From contig JAGWNF010000001.1 of assembly GCA_028871455.1 (NCBI GenBank), positions 84,349-108,348 of the forward strand: 24,000 nucleotides of DNA. The letters are read 5' to 3'. The notes beneath the pieces were generated by a model. That model ran no database searches, was not told where the DNA came from, and saw only the letters and a program-made list of their open reading frames with translations. Below are positions 9,779-17,734 of this stretch, one piece after another. Numbering within the stretch: position 1 is the stretch's first letter; every line of letters begins with the position of its first letter. Position numbers and translations under genes: made by a program. The stretch comes from Alphaproteobacteria bacterium (GTDB lineage: Bacteria; Pseudomonadota; Alphaproteobacteria; ATCC43930; CGMCC-115725).

Positions 9779-10621
9779 TTACGACGATAGCGCGTCCACC
9801 GTCGCTTCCATCTCGCGCGGCCACGCCGGCGTTAGCCGGCCGCCGATTCGCACCGGCGCGATTCGCCGCGCCAGACCGGTAGCGTCGTCGGTCTCGACGA
9901 CGACGGCGCATATCGTCGCCGGACCGTCGGCGACCTGCAGCCGTTCGACCGGCATCTTCTTGACGAAACGTGCGACTGCACCCGCGGCCTGCATGCCAAT
10001 CACCGAATCGTAGTCGCCGCACATGCCGACGTCGCTCATGAAGGCGGTGCCCTGCGGCAGGATGCGGTAATCGGCGGCCGGCACGTGGCTGTGCGTGCCC
10101 AGCACGGCCGAGGCGCGACCATCGCAGAAATAGGCCATCGAGGCCTTTTCCGAGGTCGCCTCGCCGTGGAAATCGATCAGGATCGCGTCGACCGAGCCAA
10201 GCCGATGCTCGTCGAGCAGCTTGGCCACCGCGGCAAACGGATCGTCGATCGCGTCCATGAAGAGCCGCGCCATCGCGTTCACCACCAGCACCTTGCGCCC
10301 GTCATGCGCGGCGAAAATACCGTGGCCGCGTCCCGGCGTACCGGGCGGAAAGTTCACTGGCCGCAGCAGCCGCGGATCGCCGTCGATATAGGGAATGATC
10401 TCGCGCCGATCCCAGACGTGATTGCCGGTGGTGATCACGTCGCAGCCGGCGGCGTAGAGCTGCTCGCAGATCTTGTCGGTGATGCCGAAACCGTGCGCCG
10501 CGTTCTCGCCATTGACCACGATCAGATCGAGCGCGAGCGACCGGCGCAGGCGAGGCAGTTCGGCGACCACAGCATCGCGCCCCGCCCGTCCAACCACGTC
10601 GCCGCACAGCAGCAACCGCAT
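9779..10621 (-). CDS. YmdB family metallophosphoesterase (TIGR00282-like)
   Basis: 'MRLLLCGDVVGRAGRDAVVAELPRLRRSLALDLIVVNGENAAHGFGITDKICEQLYAAGCDVITTGNHVWDRREIIPYIDGDPRLLRPVNFPPGTPGRG'. Confidence 0.93.
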   Translation of the reverse strand: MRLLLCGDVVGRAGRDAVVAELPRLRRSLALDLIVVNGENAAHGFGITDKICEQLYAAGCDVITTGNHVWDRREIIPYIDGDPRLLRPVNFPPGTPGRGHGIFAAHDGRKVLVVNAMARLFMDAIDDPFAAVAKLLDEHRLGSVDAILIDFHGEATSEKASMAYFCDGRASAVLGTHSHVPAADYRILPQGTAFMSDVGMCGDYDSVIGMQAAGAVARFVKKMPVERLQVADGPATICAVVVETDDATGLARRIAPVRIGGRLTPAWPREMEATVDALSS

Positions 10622-10631
10622 CAATCGATCC

Positions 10632-11237
10632 TCAGCCGGCTCGCTCGCGAAACCACAACACGCCGCGCTCGGTGATCACCACGTCGAGCGGCACGTCGGT
10701 CGCCTCGCACGGCAGCTCGCGCTCCTGCTGCACCGCGAAGGCCACGCCGATGACCATGAGCTTCGGATTGTTCGCGCGCAAGGCGGGCAGCGTGCGATCG
10801 TAATAGCCGGCCCCGGTGCCGAGCCGCGTCCCTTTGCCGTCGAACGCGACCAACGGCACGATCAGTGCTTCCGGTACAACGTCCGCGGCCGTCGCCGGCG
10901 GCGCTGGCAGACCTGCCGCATCCGTCGTCAGCGGCTCGTTGGGCGCCCAGGCGCGGAACACCATCGGTGAATTCTTCGCCATGACTGTCGGCAGCGCGAG
11001 GCAATAGCCGTTGTTCCGCAACGCTTTCAGTATCGGTAGCGGATCGACCTCCGAACCGCGCTGAATATAACCTGCGACTACGCAATGTGCTGGCAAATAG
11101 AGCTCGGGCAGATAATTCACGAGTTGCGCCGCGATCTGTATGCCGGTCGCGCGATATGCCATGGCGCGGCGCTCGCGTGCCTGCATTCGAAGGCTCGTTT
11201 TGAGCGCGGCAACGTCGGAAGGCGCTGATGAGTTCAT
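10632..11237 (-). CDS. fau: 5-formyltetrahydrofolate cyclo-ligase
   Basis: 'MNSSAPSDVAALKTSLRMQARERRA...EALIVPLVAFDGKGTRLGTGAGYYDRTLPALRANNPKLMVIGVAFAVQQERELPCEATDVPLDVVITERGV'. Located downstream of the 6S RNA candidate. Confidence 0.93.
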   Translation of the reverse strand: MNSSAPSDVAALKTSLRMQARERRAMAYRATGIQIAAQLVNYLPELYLPAHCVVAGYIQRGSEVDPLPILKALRNNGYCLALPTVMAKNSPMVFRAWAPNEPLTTDAAGLPAPPATAADVVPEALIVPLVAFDGKGTRLGTGAGYYDRTLPALRANNPKLMVIGVAFAVQQERELPCEATDVPLDVVITERGVLWFRERAG

Positions 11238-11261
11238 CGTATGGCGCAGACGAAACCAAGT

Positions 11262-11425
11262 GAGGATGGAGCCGCGGCGGCCGTCGGCCTTGACGAACCC
11301 TCGTGGCCCGCTAACGCAGGTGGGAACCATATGCCGAAGCCACAGCTCCGGTAGGGACAGTCCCCGAGGTATCGATATCGGCCCCGGGGTTTCATGCGCC
11401 TAACGCACCGCGCAGCCCCATCCTC
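11262..11425 (-). ncRNA. ssrS: 6S RNA (ssrS)
   Basis: 164-nt intergenic element between zapA and fau. Perfect 8-bp closing stem GAGGATGG/CCATCCTC (forward 11418-11425 and 11262-11269). Internal paired G/C-rich segments 'CCCCGGGGCCGATATCGATACCTCGGGG'. TATAGC -10-like box just upstream. Classical zapA-ssrS-fau synteny. Confidence 0.82.
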
Positions 11426-11430
11426 GAACG

Positions 11431-11769
11431 CTATAATTGGGTTGCTTCGAGCCGCGCCGCAACGGTTTCGATACGCAGCGCCAGACGCTCGATACCAGTA
11501 GCGACCGCCTCCTCGTCGGCGCCGCCGGCGGCTGCGCCGCCCGCGCCGCGCGTGCGTCGCAGCGTTTCGCGCGCTTCACTGAGTTCGTCCGCCAGCATCA
11601 GCGCCGCCATCACGAGAAGCCGCGCCTCGCCCGCCTGCGGCGCGTCTTTGGCGAAGCCGACGACCTTGGCATCGATGCTCCGCCCGAGCTGACGGACGCG
11701 ATCCTCCTCGCCGGGCTCGCAGGCGATCGTGTAGGAGCGACTGTTCACCACGACGGTGACTTGTGGCAT
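11431..11769 (-). CDS. zapA: Cell division protein ZapA
   Basis: 'MPQVTVVVNSRSYTIACEPGEEDRVRQLGRSIDAKVVGFAKDAPQAGEARLLVMAALMLADELSEARETLRR'. Confidence 0.94.
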   Translation of the reverse strand: MPQVTVVVNSRSYTIACEPGEEDRVRQLGRSIDAKVVGFAKDAPQAGEARLLVMAALMLADELSEARETLRRTRGAGGAAAGGADEEAVATGIERLALRIETVAARLEATQL

Positions 11770-11954
11770 CAGCCCTCCAACACGCGGTCCAGCCGGTCGA
11801 TCACGGCGTCGATGCGAGCGCCGACGTCCGCCGGCGGCCGGTTGGCCGCCACCTGACGCTGGCTCGCCGCCTTGCCAGAGACGGCCTCGACCGCCCCTTC
11901 GAGCCGGGCGACGGCTTGTTCCAGCCGGTTGGTCGCCTGTTCCATTCGGCCCAC
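11769..11954 (-). CDS. zauP: Small coiled-coil protein upstream of ZapA (ZauP-like / DUF4164-like)
   Basis: 61-aa ORF 'MGRMEQATNRLEQAVARLEGAVEAVSGKAASQRQVAANRPPADVGARIDAVIDRLDRVLEG' with heptad-like pattern. 1-nt TGATG overlap with the zapA start. Position matches the alphaproteobacterial zauP-zapA arrangement. Confidence 0.7.
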   Translation of the reverse strand: MGRMEQATNRLEQAVARLEGAVEAVSGKAASQRQVAANRPPADVGARIDAVIDRLDRVLEG

Positions 11955-11982
11955 TATGCGTCTCCGGAGCGTGGAGGCTTCG

Positions 11983-12012
11983 ACTTTAGGCGCTTTGTAA
12001 ACGAAAGGTCAA
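11983..12012 (-). promoter_or_regulatory. Putative sigma70-type promoter for zauP-zapA
   Basis: Minus strand TTGACC (12012..12007), 18-nt spacer, TAAAGT (11988..11983), about 30 nt upstream of ATG 11954. Confidence 0.5.
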
Positions 12013-12051
12013 CGCAGCCGGGCACTTATCTTTTGGTCCAGTAACGGAGCA

Positions 12052-12075
12052 TTAACCTTTAAATTGTCTTATACT
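12052..12075 (+). promoter_or_regulatory. Putative promoter of the ParB-like/Sel1 pair
   Basis: TATACT at 12070-12075 with TTAACC at 12052-12057 upstream. GATTC (GANTC) at 12092-12096 and AGGAG at 12101-12105 ahead of ATG 12115. Confidence 0.4.
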
Positions 12076-12114
12076 CGCAACTAATGGCGACGATTCCCTA
12101 AGGAGCCAGGCCCG

Positions 12115-13089
12115 ATGACGGCGTCCGCCCTCTGGCAGTTCGACCAGCTTTCTCCCGAAGCGCGTGCCGCAGCGGAGAATGCGGCGCGGACCACCGGTCT
12201 CCCACTCAATCAGTGGCTCGGCCGTCTGATTGCCGAAACCGCAGCGGCCGAAGGCGTCGTGCTCGGCGCTGCGCCGCGTCCGGCCGCGCCGCCGCCGCTA
12301 TCGCCGCGCCCAGTGCCGCCAGTGCAGCCGCGCGCCGTCGTTCAACCCTTGCCGATTCGCCCCGTGGTGCCGCCGCGGGTCGTCGCGCCCACACCGACGG
12401 CGACCGGCGCGCCGGTCATGCCGCGTCCGATGACGCAACCCATCCCGCCCCAGCCTCACCTCGCGCCAACCAGCCCGGCGCAGCCGGTTGAAGCCACGAC
12501 CCTGATGATTGCGCCGACCGCAATCGACGCCGGCAGCGTGGGAACGCGCGGCGACGAGGCCGAAGCTCCCGATGCGCTGATCGCGGCGATCGCGCGCGAC
12601 GGTCTGCACCAGCCGATCCTCGTGCGCCGCAAACCGGACGGACGCTACGAAATCATCGCCGGCCGCCGCCGGTGGCGTGCCGCCAGGCGTATTGGCCTGC
12701 CGCAGATTCCGGCGGTCGTGACCAACTTCGCCGATCCCGAGGCGGTGCTCGCCTCGCTGACCGAGAATCTCGGTGAAGGCACGCTGTCGCCGGTCGACGA
12801 AGCGCGCGCCTATCTGCGCCTGCTCACGGAGTTCTCGCTCGATCCGCGCGACGTCTGCAGCGCCATCGGCCGCGATATGACTCACGTGGTGCGCACGCTG
12901 CGCCTGCTCGGCCTGTCGCCGCGGCTGCGCGGCTTCATCGCCAGCGGTCGCCTGTCGCAAGCCCAGACTTACGCCCTGCTCGACGCGCCCGATCCCGAGC
13001 GCGCCGCCGATCAGATGCTGTCCGAGCAGGCTGGCGTCAACGAGGCGCTGCGCAGGATCGCCGCCGTACCGGGGGGACAACGTCCATGA
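12115..13089 (+). CDS. ParB/Spo0J N-terminal-domain-like protein with N-terminal WLxRLI motif and proline-rich linker
   Basis: 324 aa. 'LIAAIARDGLHQPILVRRKPDGRYEIIAGRRRWRAARRIGLPQIPAVVTNFADPEAVLASLTENLGEGTLSPVDEARAYLRLLTEFSLDPRDVCSAIGRDMTHVVRTLRLLGLSPRLRGFIASGRLSQAQTYALL' aligns by eye with ParB CTP-binding and HTH regions. RBS AGGAG. Confidence 0.88.
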   Translation: MTASALWQFDQLSPEARAAAENAARTTGLPLNQWLGRLIAETAAAEGVVLGAAPRPAAPPPLSPRPVPPVQPRAVVQPLPIRPVVPPRVVAPTPTATGAPVMPRPMTQPIPPQPHLAPTSPAQPVEATTLMIAPTAIDAGSVGTRGDEAEAPDALIAAIARDGLHQPILVRRKPDGRYEIIAGRRRWRAARRIGLPQIPAVVTNFADPEAVLASLTENLGEGTLSPVDEARAYLRLLTEFSLDPRDVCSAIGRDMTHVVRTLRLLGLSPRLRGFIASGRLSQAQTYALLDAPDPERAADQMLSEQAGVNEALRRIAAVPGGQRP

Positions 13090-15077
13090 TGCGCGAATTG
13101 CCCGCCGGCTGGTCCGATATGGACGTCGATCCGACATTGCGGTTGCTCGCCGAGCGCGCCGCGCGCATCGCCGGCATGCCGGTCGATGCATGGCTCGAGC
13201 GCGCCATTCGCCGCGCTTGCCCGCAAGCTTTCACGCCGCCGGCGCCGATGCCGGCCGCCTATGTTGAACCGCCGCGGTCCATGGCGCCGCCGCAGACGCC
13301 CTTGGCGCCAAGCGCCACCAACGGTGCCGGTGCCGCGCTTGCCGAGTTGATCGCGCGTGCCCGCCAGGCACAGCCCGAGCCACCGGTCGCACCGCAGCCG
13401 TCGCAATTCACTCCGCCACAGCCGGTGCTGCCGCAGCCTCAGTTCGTGCCACCGCAAGCCACACCGCAACAGCCGCAATTCGCCCCGCCGCAGCCGCAAT
13501 TTGTGCCGCCGCCGATGCCACAGCCACCGATGGCGCCGGCGATGAGCAACATGCCGTTCGGGGCCGCCGAACCGCCGACGCCGGTCGGCGGTGCGCATGA
13601 CGAGGATTTCGCTGGCCGGCAGCCGTCGGCATTGGAACGCGTTCGTGAATCGAAACGGCGCGCCGCCGCTTTCGCGACGGAGGTTGCGGATTGGCGTGGC
13701 CACGAGGAGCGCCCGCCTCGCTTCGGCGCGCCGTGGCCCACGCTCGACGAAAACGCCAGCGCGGAACCCTATGTGCCGTTCGACGGTGGCGCCGACTTCG
13801 ATATGCGTGAGCCGCTCGAGCTGCGCAATCCGATCCGTCGCCGGCGCTCGCGGCGTCCGTTGATCATCGCCGTCTGTATTGCACTTGCCGTTGCGCTCGG
13901 AGCGCTTGGCGCCCAGAAATTCATCGCCGGGCGGTTCGGCCGTCTGGCACCCAGCGAAAGCGCCAATCTCGCTGCACCGCCGATCGGCTCGTCGCCGAGC
14001 TTGCCGCAACATACGGCGCAATCGCTGCCTCTGCCCGTACCGCCGTCGTCGCCGCCAGCGCAGTCAGCTGCCATGCCGTCGAGCCCGCCCGCCGCGGTGT
14101 CGCAGACGACAACCAACGACAATGGCGCGTTGCTGCCGCCGGCGCTGGTGACGCCGCCAAGTTCATCGCCGCCGCCGCCCATGGCGGCGACGACGCCGGT
14201 CACACCGCCGACCGCGCTGAGCCCAACGATGTCGGTGCCGAACGCGCCACCGCCGGCCGTCGCGCCCGCGGAGCCTGAAGCGCCTGCCGTGACTGCCGCC
14301 GCGCACCCCGATACGCCGCCGCCACTGCCGCCGCGCAAATTGATCGCTGAGCGGCCGGCAGCCGCCACCGCATCGCAGCAGCAGGCGGAAGCTGCCGCTG
14401 CGGCCGCCGCGCGTCAAGCCGCGGTTGCCGAAGCGCCCAAAGACCCGACGAAGCTCGCAAGCTGGCTCGAGCAGCGCGCCAAGACCGGCGATCCGGTCGC
14501 CGAGTACCGGCTCGGCGTGCTCTATGCGCTCGGCCAAGGGGTGAAGCAGGACTACTCGCACGCGGCACAGCTCTTCAAGGCAGCCGCCAACGGCGGTGTC
14601 GCCGAGGCGCAGTACAACGTCGCCGTCATGTACAGCGAGGGCATGGGCGTGCAACGCGACCCTGTCCAGGCGGTGACCTGGTACAAGAAGGCCGCCGAGC
14701 AGGGTAACGCCAACGCCGCCTTCAATCTCGGCGTCGCCTACTCCAACGGCACCGGCGTACAGCAGGACATGCCGGAGGCCGCTCGCTGGTTCCGCCGTGC
14801 CGCTGCGGCGGGCGTGATCAATGCGCAATTCAATCTGGGCTTGCTTTACGAGCGCGGCGAGGGTGTGCCGCAGTCGCTGGTCGAAGCCTACGCGTGGTAT
14901 GCGGCGGCGGCCGCACGTGGGGATCAGGGTGCCGCACAGCGGCGCGACCACATCGCCAGTGCGCTCGGCGCCGCTGACCTCAAGAAGGCGCAGGCGCGCG
15001 CGACGCAGTTGCAGCAGATGATTCAGACCAGCGCCGCGGCGCTGCCGACGCAGAAGGCCAACGCCGCGTCGCCATGA
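13086..15077 (+). CDS. Single-pass membrane Sel1-repeat protein, PodJ-like topology (proline-rich cytoplasmic region, TM, Pro/Ser-rich linker, C-terminal Sel1/TPR-like repeats)
   Basis: 663 aa. TM helix 'PLIIAVCIALAVALGALGAQKFI'. C-terminal repeats such as 'PVAEYRLGVLYALGQGVKQDYSHAAQLFKAAANGGVAEAQYNVAVMYSEGMGVQRDPVQAVTWYKKAAEQGNANAAFNLGVAYSNGTGVQQD'. ATGA overlap with the upstream gene. Confidence 0.9.
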   Translation: MMRELPAGWSDMDVDPTLRLLAERAARIAGMPVDAWLERAIRRACPQAFTPPAPMPAAYVEPPRSMAPPQTPLAPSATNGAGAALAELIARARQAQPEPPVAPQPSQFTPPQPVLPQPQFVPPQATPQQPQFAPPQPQFVPPPMPQPPMAPAMSNMPFGAAEPPTPVGGAHDEDFAGRQPSALERVRESKRRAAAFATEVADWRGHEERPPRFGAPWPTLDENASAEPYVPFDGGADFDMREPLELRNPIRRRRSRRPLIIAVCIALAVALGALGAQKFIAGRFGRLAPSESANLAAPPIGSSPSLPQHTAQSLPLPVPPSSPPAQSAAMPSSPPAAVSQTTTNDNGALLPPALVTPPSSSPPPPMAATTPVTPPTALSPTMSVPNAPPPAVAPAEPEAPAVTAAAHPDTPPPLPPRKLIAERPAAATASQQQAEAAAAAAARQAAVAEAPKDPTKLASWLEQRAKTGDPVAEYRLGVLYALGQGVKQDYSHAAQLFKAAANGGVAEAQYNVAVMYSEGMGVQRDPVQAVTWYKKAAEQGNANAAFNLGVAYSNGTGVQQDMPEAARWFRRAAAAGVINAQFNLGLLYERGEGVPQSLVEAYAWYAAAAARGDQGAAQRRDHIASALGAADLKKAQARATQLQQMIQTSAAALPTQKANAASP

Positions 15078-15085
15078 TCGGCGCC

Positions 15086-15937
15086 TCAGCTTAGCAGTCG
15101 TCCCGTCGCCACCCACCAGTCCGGGCGGTTCGCACGCAGTCGCGTTGCGGCCGCTCCCGCCGCATTGGCGTCGGCGAACAGCGCGAAACAAGTCGCGCCG
15201 CTGCCGCTCATGCGGCTGAGCAGCGTGCCGTCGCAGTCCGCAAGCGCGGCCAACACCTCGCCGATCTCGGGCACGAGAGACCGCGCCGCGTCGGTCAGAT
15301 CGTTGCGGCGCGACCGCAGGATGGCGGCGAATGCCACGGCGTCATCGGGGGTTTCGGCGAAGCGCGCGGCTTGTCCGAACGGACCCTGTCGTGCCTTGTA
15401 GACATCAGGCGTCGGCAGCGGCCGGCCGGGATTGACCAGCACGACGTAGGTTTCGGGTAGCGCTGGCGCCGGCGCGATCAACTCGCCGACGCCGCCGACG
15501 AAGACGGCGCGCCGCCTAAGACAGACGGGCACGTCGGCGCCCAGCTTAGCGCCGAGTGCGGCCAGCCGTTCGGGCGCGAGCTTCGCCTGCCACAACGTCA
15601 TCAGCAATGTCAGCGTCGTCGCCGCGTCGCTCGAGCCTCCACCGATACCCGATGCAACTGGCAAATGCTTCTCGAGGGTGATGAGCGCGCCGGGCGGGCA
15701 GGCGAGCTCTTGCGCCAGCGCGGCGGCGGCCCGCCAGACCAAGTTCTGCGCCGGGTCGTGCGCCGCAAGCCCTTTGCCGAAGGGACCGGTAATCGCGACT
15801 TTGAGGTTGTTTGCCGGGCCGACGGTAATCTCATCGCCGATATCGGCGAAGGCGACCAAGCTGTCGAGCAAGTGATAACCGTCGGCGCGTCGGCCGGTCA
15901 CGTGCAGATAGAGATTGATCTTCGCCGGGGCGAGCAA
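15086..15937 (-). CDS. ispE: 4-(cytidine 5'-diphospho)-2-C-methyl-D-erythritol kinase
   Basis: '[37 protein letters not shown]...[32 protein letters not shown]' (GHMP kinase motif). Likely TTG start at 15937, just after the TPR gene stop; the ORF track extends to 16084. Confidence 0.93.
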   Translation of the reverse strand: MLAPAKINLYLHVTGRRADGYHLLDSLVAFADIGDEITVGPANNLKVAITGPFGKGLAAHDPAQNLVWRAAAALAQELACPPGALITLEKHLPVASGIGGGSSDAATTLTLLMTLWQAKLAPERLAALGAKLGADVPVCLRRRAVFVGGVGELIAPAPALPETYVVLVNPGRPLPTPDVYKARQGPFGQAARFAETPDDAVAFAAILRSRRNDLTDAARSLVPEIGEVLAALADCDGTLLSRMSGSGATCFALFADANAAGAAATRLRANRPDWWVATGRLLS

Positions 15938-15939
15938 GC

Positions 15940-17661
15940 TCAGCCGCCGCTCACCTTTGCCGGAGCGGCGCCGAGGCCATGGTCGAGCTTGGCCTGGATG
16001 GTCTTGGCCTCGTCGGCGTCGGGCTTGAACTGAAGCGCGCGGCGCCATTGATAGCGCGCCTCCGTCTCGCGCCCGGTCCGCCAATAGGCGTCGCCGAGAT
16101 GGTCGTTGATGGTCGGATCGTCGGGCACCAGTTCGTTTGCGCGCTCGAGCGTCTCGGTGGCGCGGGCATATTGGCCGAGATGGAAATACGCCCAGCCGAG
16201 GCTGTCGACGATGTAGCCGTCATTGGGCTGCAACGCGACCGCGCGCTCGATCATCTTGACCGCCTCGGGCAGCTTCTCGCCCTTGTCGATCCAGGTGTAG
16301 CCAAGATAGTTGAGCACCAGTGGCTGGTTCGGCCGCAGTTTCAGTGCCCGCTCAAGATCGGCCTGGGCGCGCGGCCATTGACCGATGCGTTCGTAACAGA
16401 CGCCGCGGCTATAGAACAGGCGCCAGTCATCGGCCGTCGGTTTCGGTACCCGCGCCAGCGCTCGGTCATAAGCCTTGACCGCGTCGGCAAAGCGACTGTG
16501 CGAGCGGAGGATGTCGCCGAGCTCGATCAGCGGGGCGGGTCGCTGCGGCTGCTCCGCCGCCAGACTCTCGAGCAGCTTGGCCGATTCGTCCGTCTGCGAC
16601 AATGCGTCGAGGGTCAGCGCAATGCGCATGCGCGCCGTCCAGGCATAGAGCGAGCCACGTTCGATGCGGCGGTAGAGCGCGAGCGCGTCTTTGGGCTGAC
16701 CCTGCTGCTCGCGAATCTCGCCAGCGAGCAGTTCGGCCAGCGCGAAGTTCGGCCTGAGGTCGATTGCCAGCCGCGCGTAGACCAGGGCGGCGTCGAGCGT
16801 GTCAGCCTGATTGAGCAAGCTCGCAAGATCGAACAGCGCCTCGGCCGCACCATCCGCCGCCGTTGCGATCGGCCGCGGCGGCACGATTTGACGCGCCAGA
16901 CGATCGAGACCGGCGACAGCGACGTCAGAATCATCGACTGGCGCAACACTCTCGTAAACCGCGCGCGCGGCGGCACCGTCATGCTGCCGTTCGTAAAAAT
17001 TGCCCGCGAGCTGCGCGATCCGCGTCGTGGGCGGCGTCTCCGCCGTCAGCAGCTTCTTGTAGGCTGCGGCGGTGGTTGCCTTCTCGCCGGCGAAATCGGC
17101 GATCAGCGCCTGATGCAGCAGCTTGAGCGGACCGAGGCCGCTGGTGTCGCCCATGGTGTCGAGATCGCGCATCGCCTGTTTGATATCGCCGCGGCCTGCG
17201 TTGGCCCAGGCGACCAGCAGCGGCGCGGCGTAGCGCTGCGCGCCCTCGTGCGGCACCGCCGTCGCCACCTTGACCGCCGTGTCGAAGTGGCCCGCCTTGA
17301 TCGCTTGTTCGATCAGCACCAAACCGGCAAGACCGGCGGTGCCGTCGTGCGCGGCGATCTTGCGGGCGAGCGGCATTGCCTGCGCGATGTGGCCTTCCGA
17401 TACGCGCAGGGCGAAGGCGCGGCGTATCAGGTTGTAGTTGTCCGGATCGGCGGCCAATGCAGCGTCAATGAAGGCGCCGGCCGCGCCATAATCGTGATTC
17501 TGCTGGGCATGCAGCGCCGCGAGATAACCGCCGAACGCGCTCTCCGGATGGATTTCGGTAGCCGCCGCCAGCGGTCGGTCGGCCGTGTTCCCGCGACCGG
17601 CGGTCAGCGCCAGGATCACGCCCGTCGCCAAAGCTCCGACAAAACAAAAACGCAACTTCAT
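15940..17661 (-). CDS. Tetratricopeptide repeat protein with N-terminal signal peptide
   Basis: 573 aa, '[22 protein letters not shown]...'. Multiple TPRs, e.g. '[78 protein letters not shown]'. Confidence 0.9.
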   Translation of the reverse strand: MKLRFCFVGALATGVILALTAGRGNTADRPLAAATEIHPESAFGGYLAALHAQQNHDYGAAGAFIDAALAADPDNYNLIRRAFALRVSEGHIAQAMPLARKIAAHDGTAGLAGLVLIEQAIKAGHFDTAVKVATAVPHEGAQRYAAPLLVAWANAGRGDIKQAMRDLDTMGDTSGLGPLKLLHQALIADFAGEKATTAAAYKKLLTAETPPTTRIAQLAGNFYERQHDGAAARAVYESVAPVDDSDVAVAGLDRLARQIVPPRPIATAADGAAEALFDLASLLNQADTLDAALVYARLAIDLRPNFALAELLAGEIREQQGQPKDALALYRRIERGSLYAWTARMRIALTLDALSQTDESAKLLESLAAEQPQRPAPLIELGDILRSHSRFADAVKAYDRALARVPKPTADDWRLFYSRGVCYERIGQWPRAQADLERALKLRPNQPLVLNYLGYTWIDKGEKLPEAVKMIERAVALQPNDGYIVDSLGWAYFHLGQYARATETLERANELVPDDPTINDHLGDAYWRTGRETEARYQWRRALQFKPDADEAKTIQAKLDHGLGAAPAKVSGG

Positions 17662-17734
17662 GGCATGCCGTCCGGCCTGTCGCTCGACCCGGCGGAGATT
17701 ACACCGCTCGCCCGCGCTTGGGTCAGCCTATTCA

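Noticed and set aside
11238-11330. N-terminal extension of the fau ORF
   Set aside because: Covers the 6S RNA candidate and has no cyclo-ligase similarity; start placed at 11237.
12052-12062. Full CtrA box TTAA-N7-TTAA at the ParB-like promoter
   Set aside because: The two TTAA elements are separated by 3 nt, not 7; only a half-site resemblance remains.
13330-13560. Short repeated DNA units considered as CRISPR or minisatellite
   Set aside because: The repetition follows in-frame QPQFxPPQ codons without uniform repeats and unique spacers; it is a coding low-complexity repeat.
13011-14021. 336-aa minus ORF antisense to the Sel1 gene
   Set aside because: Low-complexity Arg/Leu/Gly tract (e.g. 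RHKLRLRRGELRLLRCGLRWHELRLRQ) caused by the complement of the proline-rich repeats.
14163-15191. 342-aa minus ORF antisense to the Sel1 repeats
   Set aside because: No domain signature; the sense strand gives clear Sel1 repeats.
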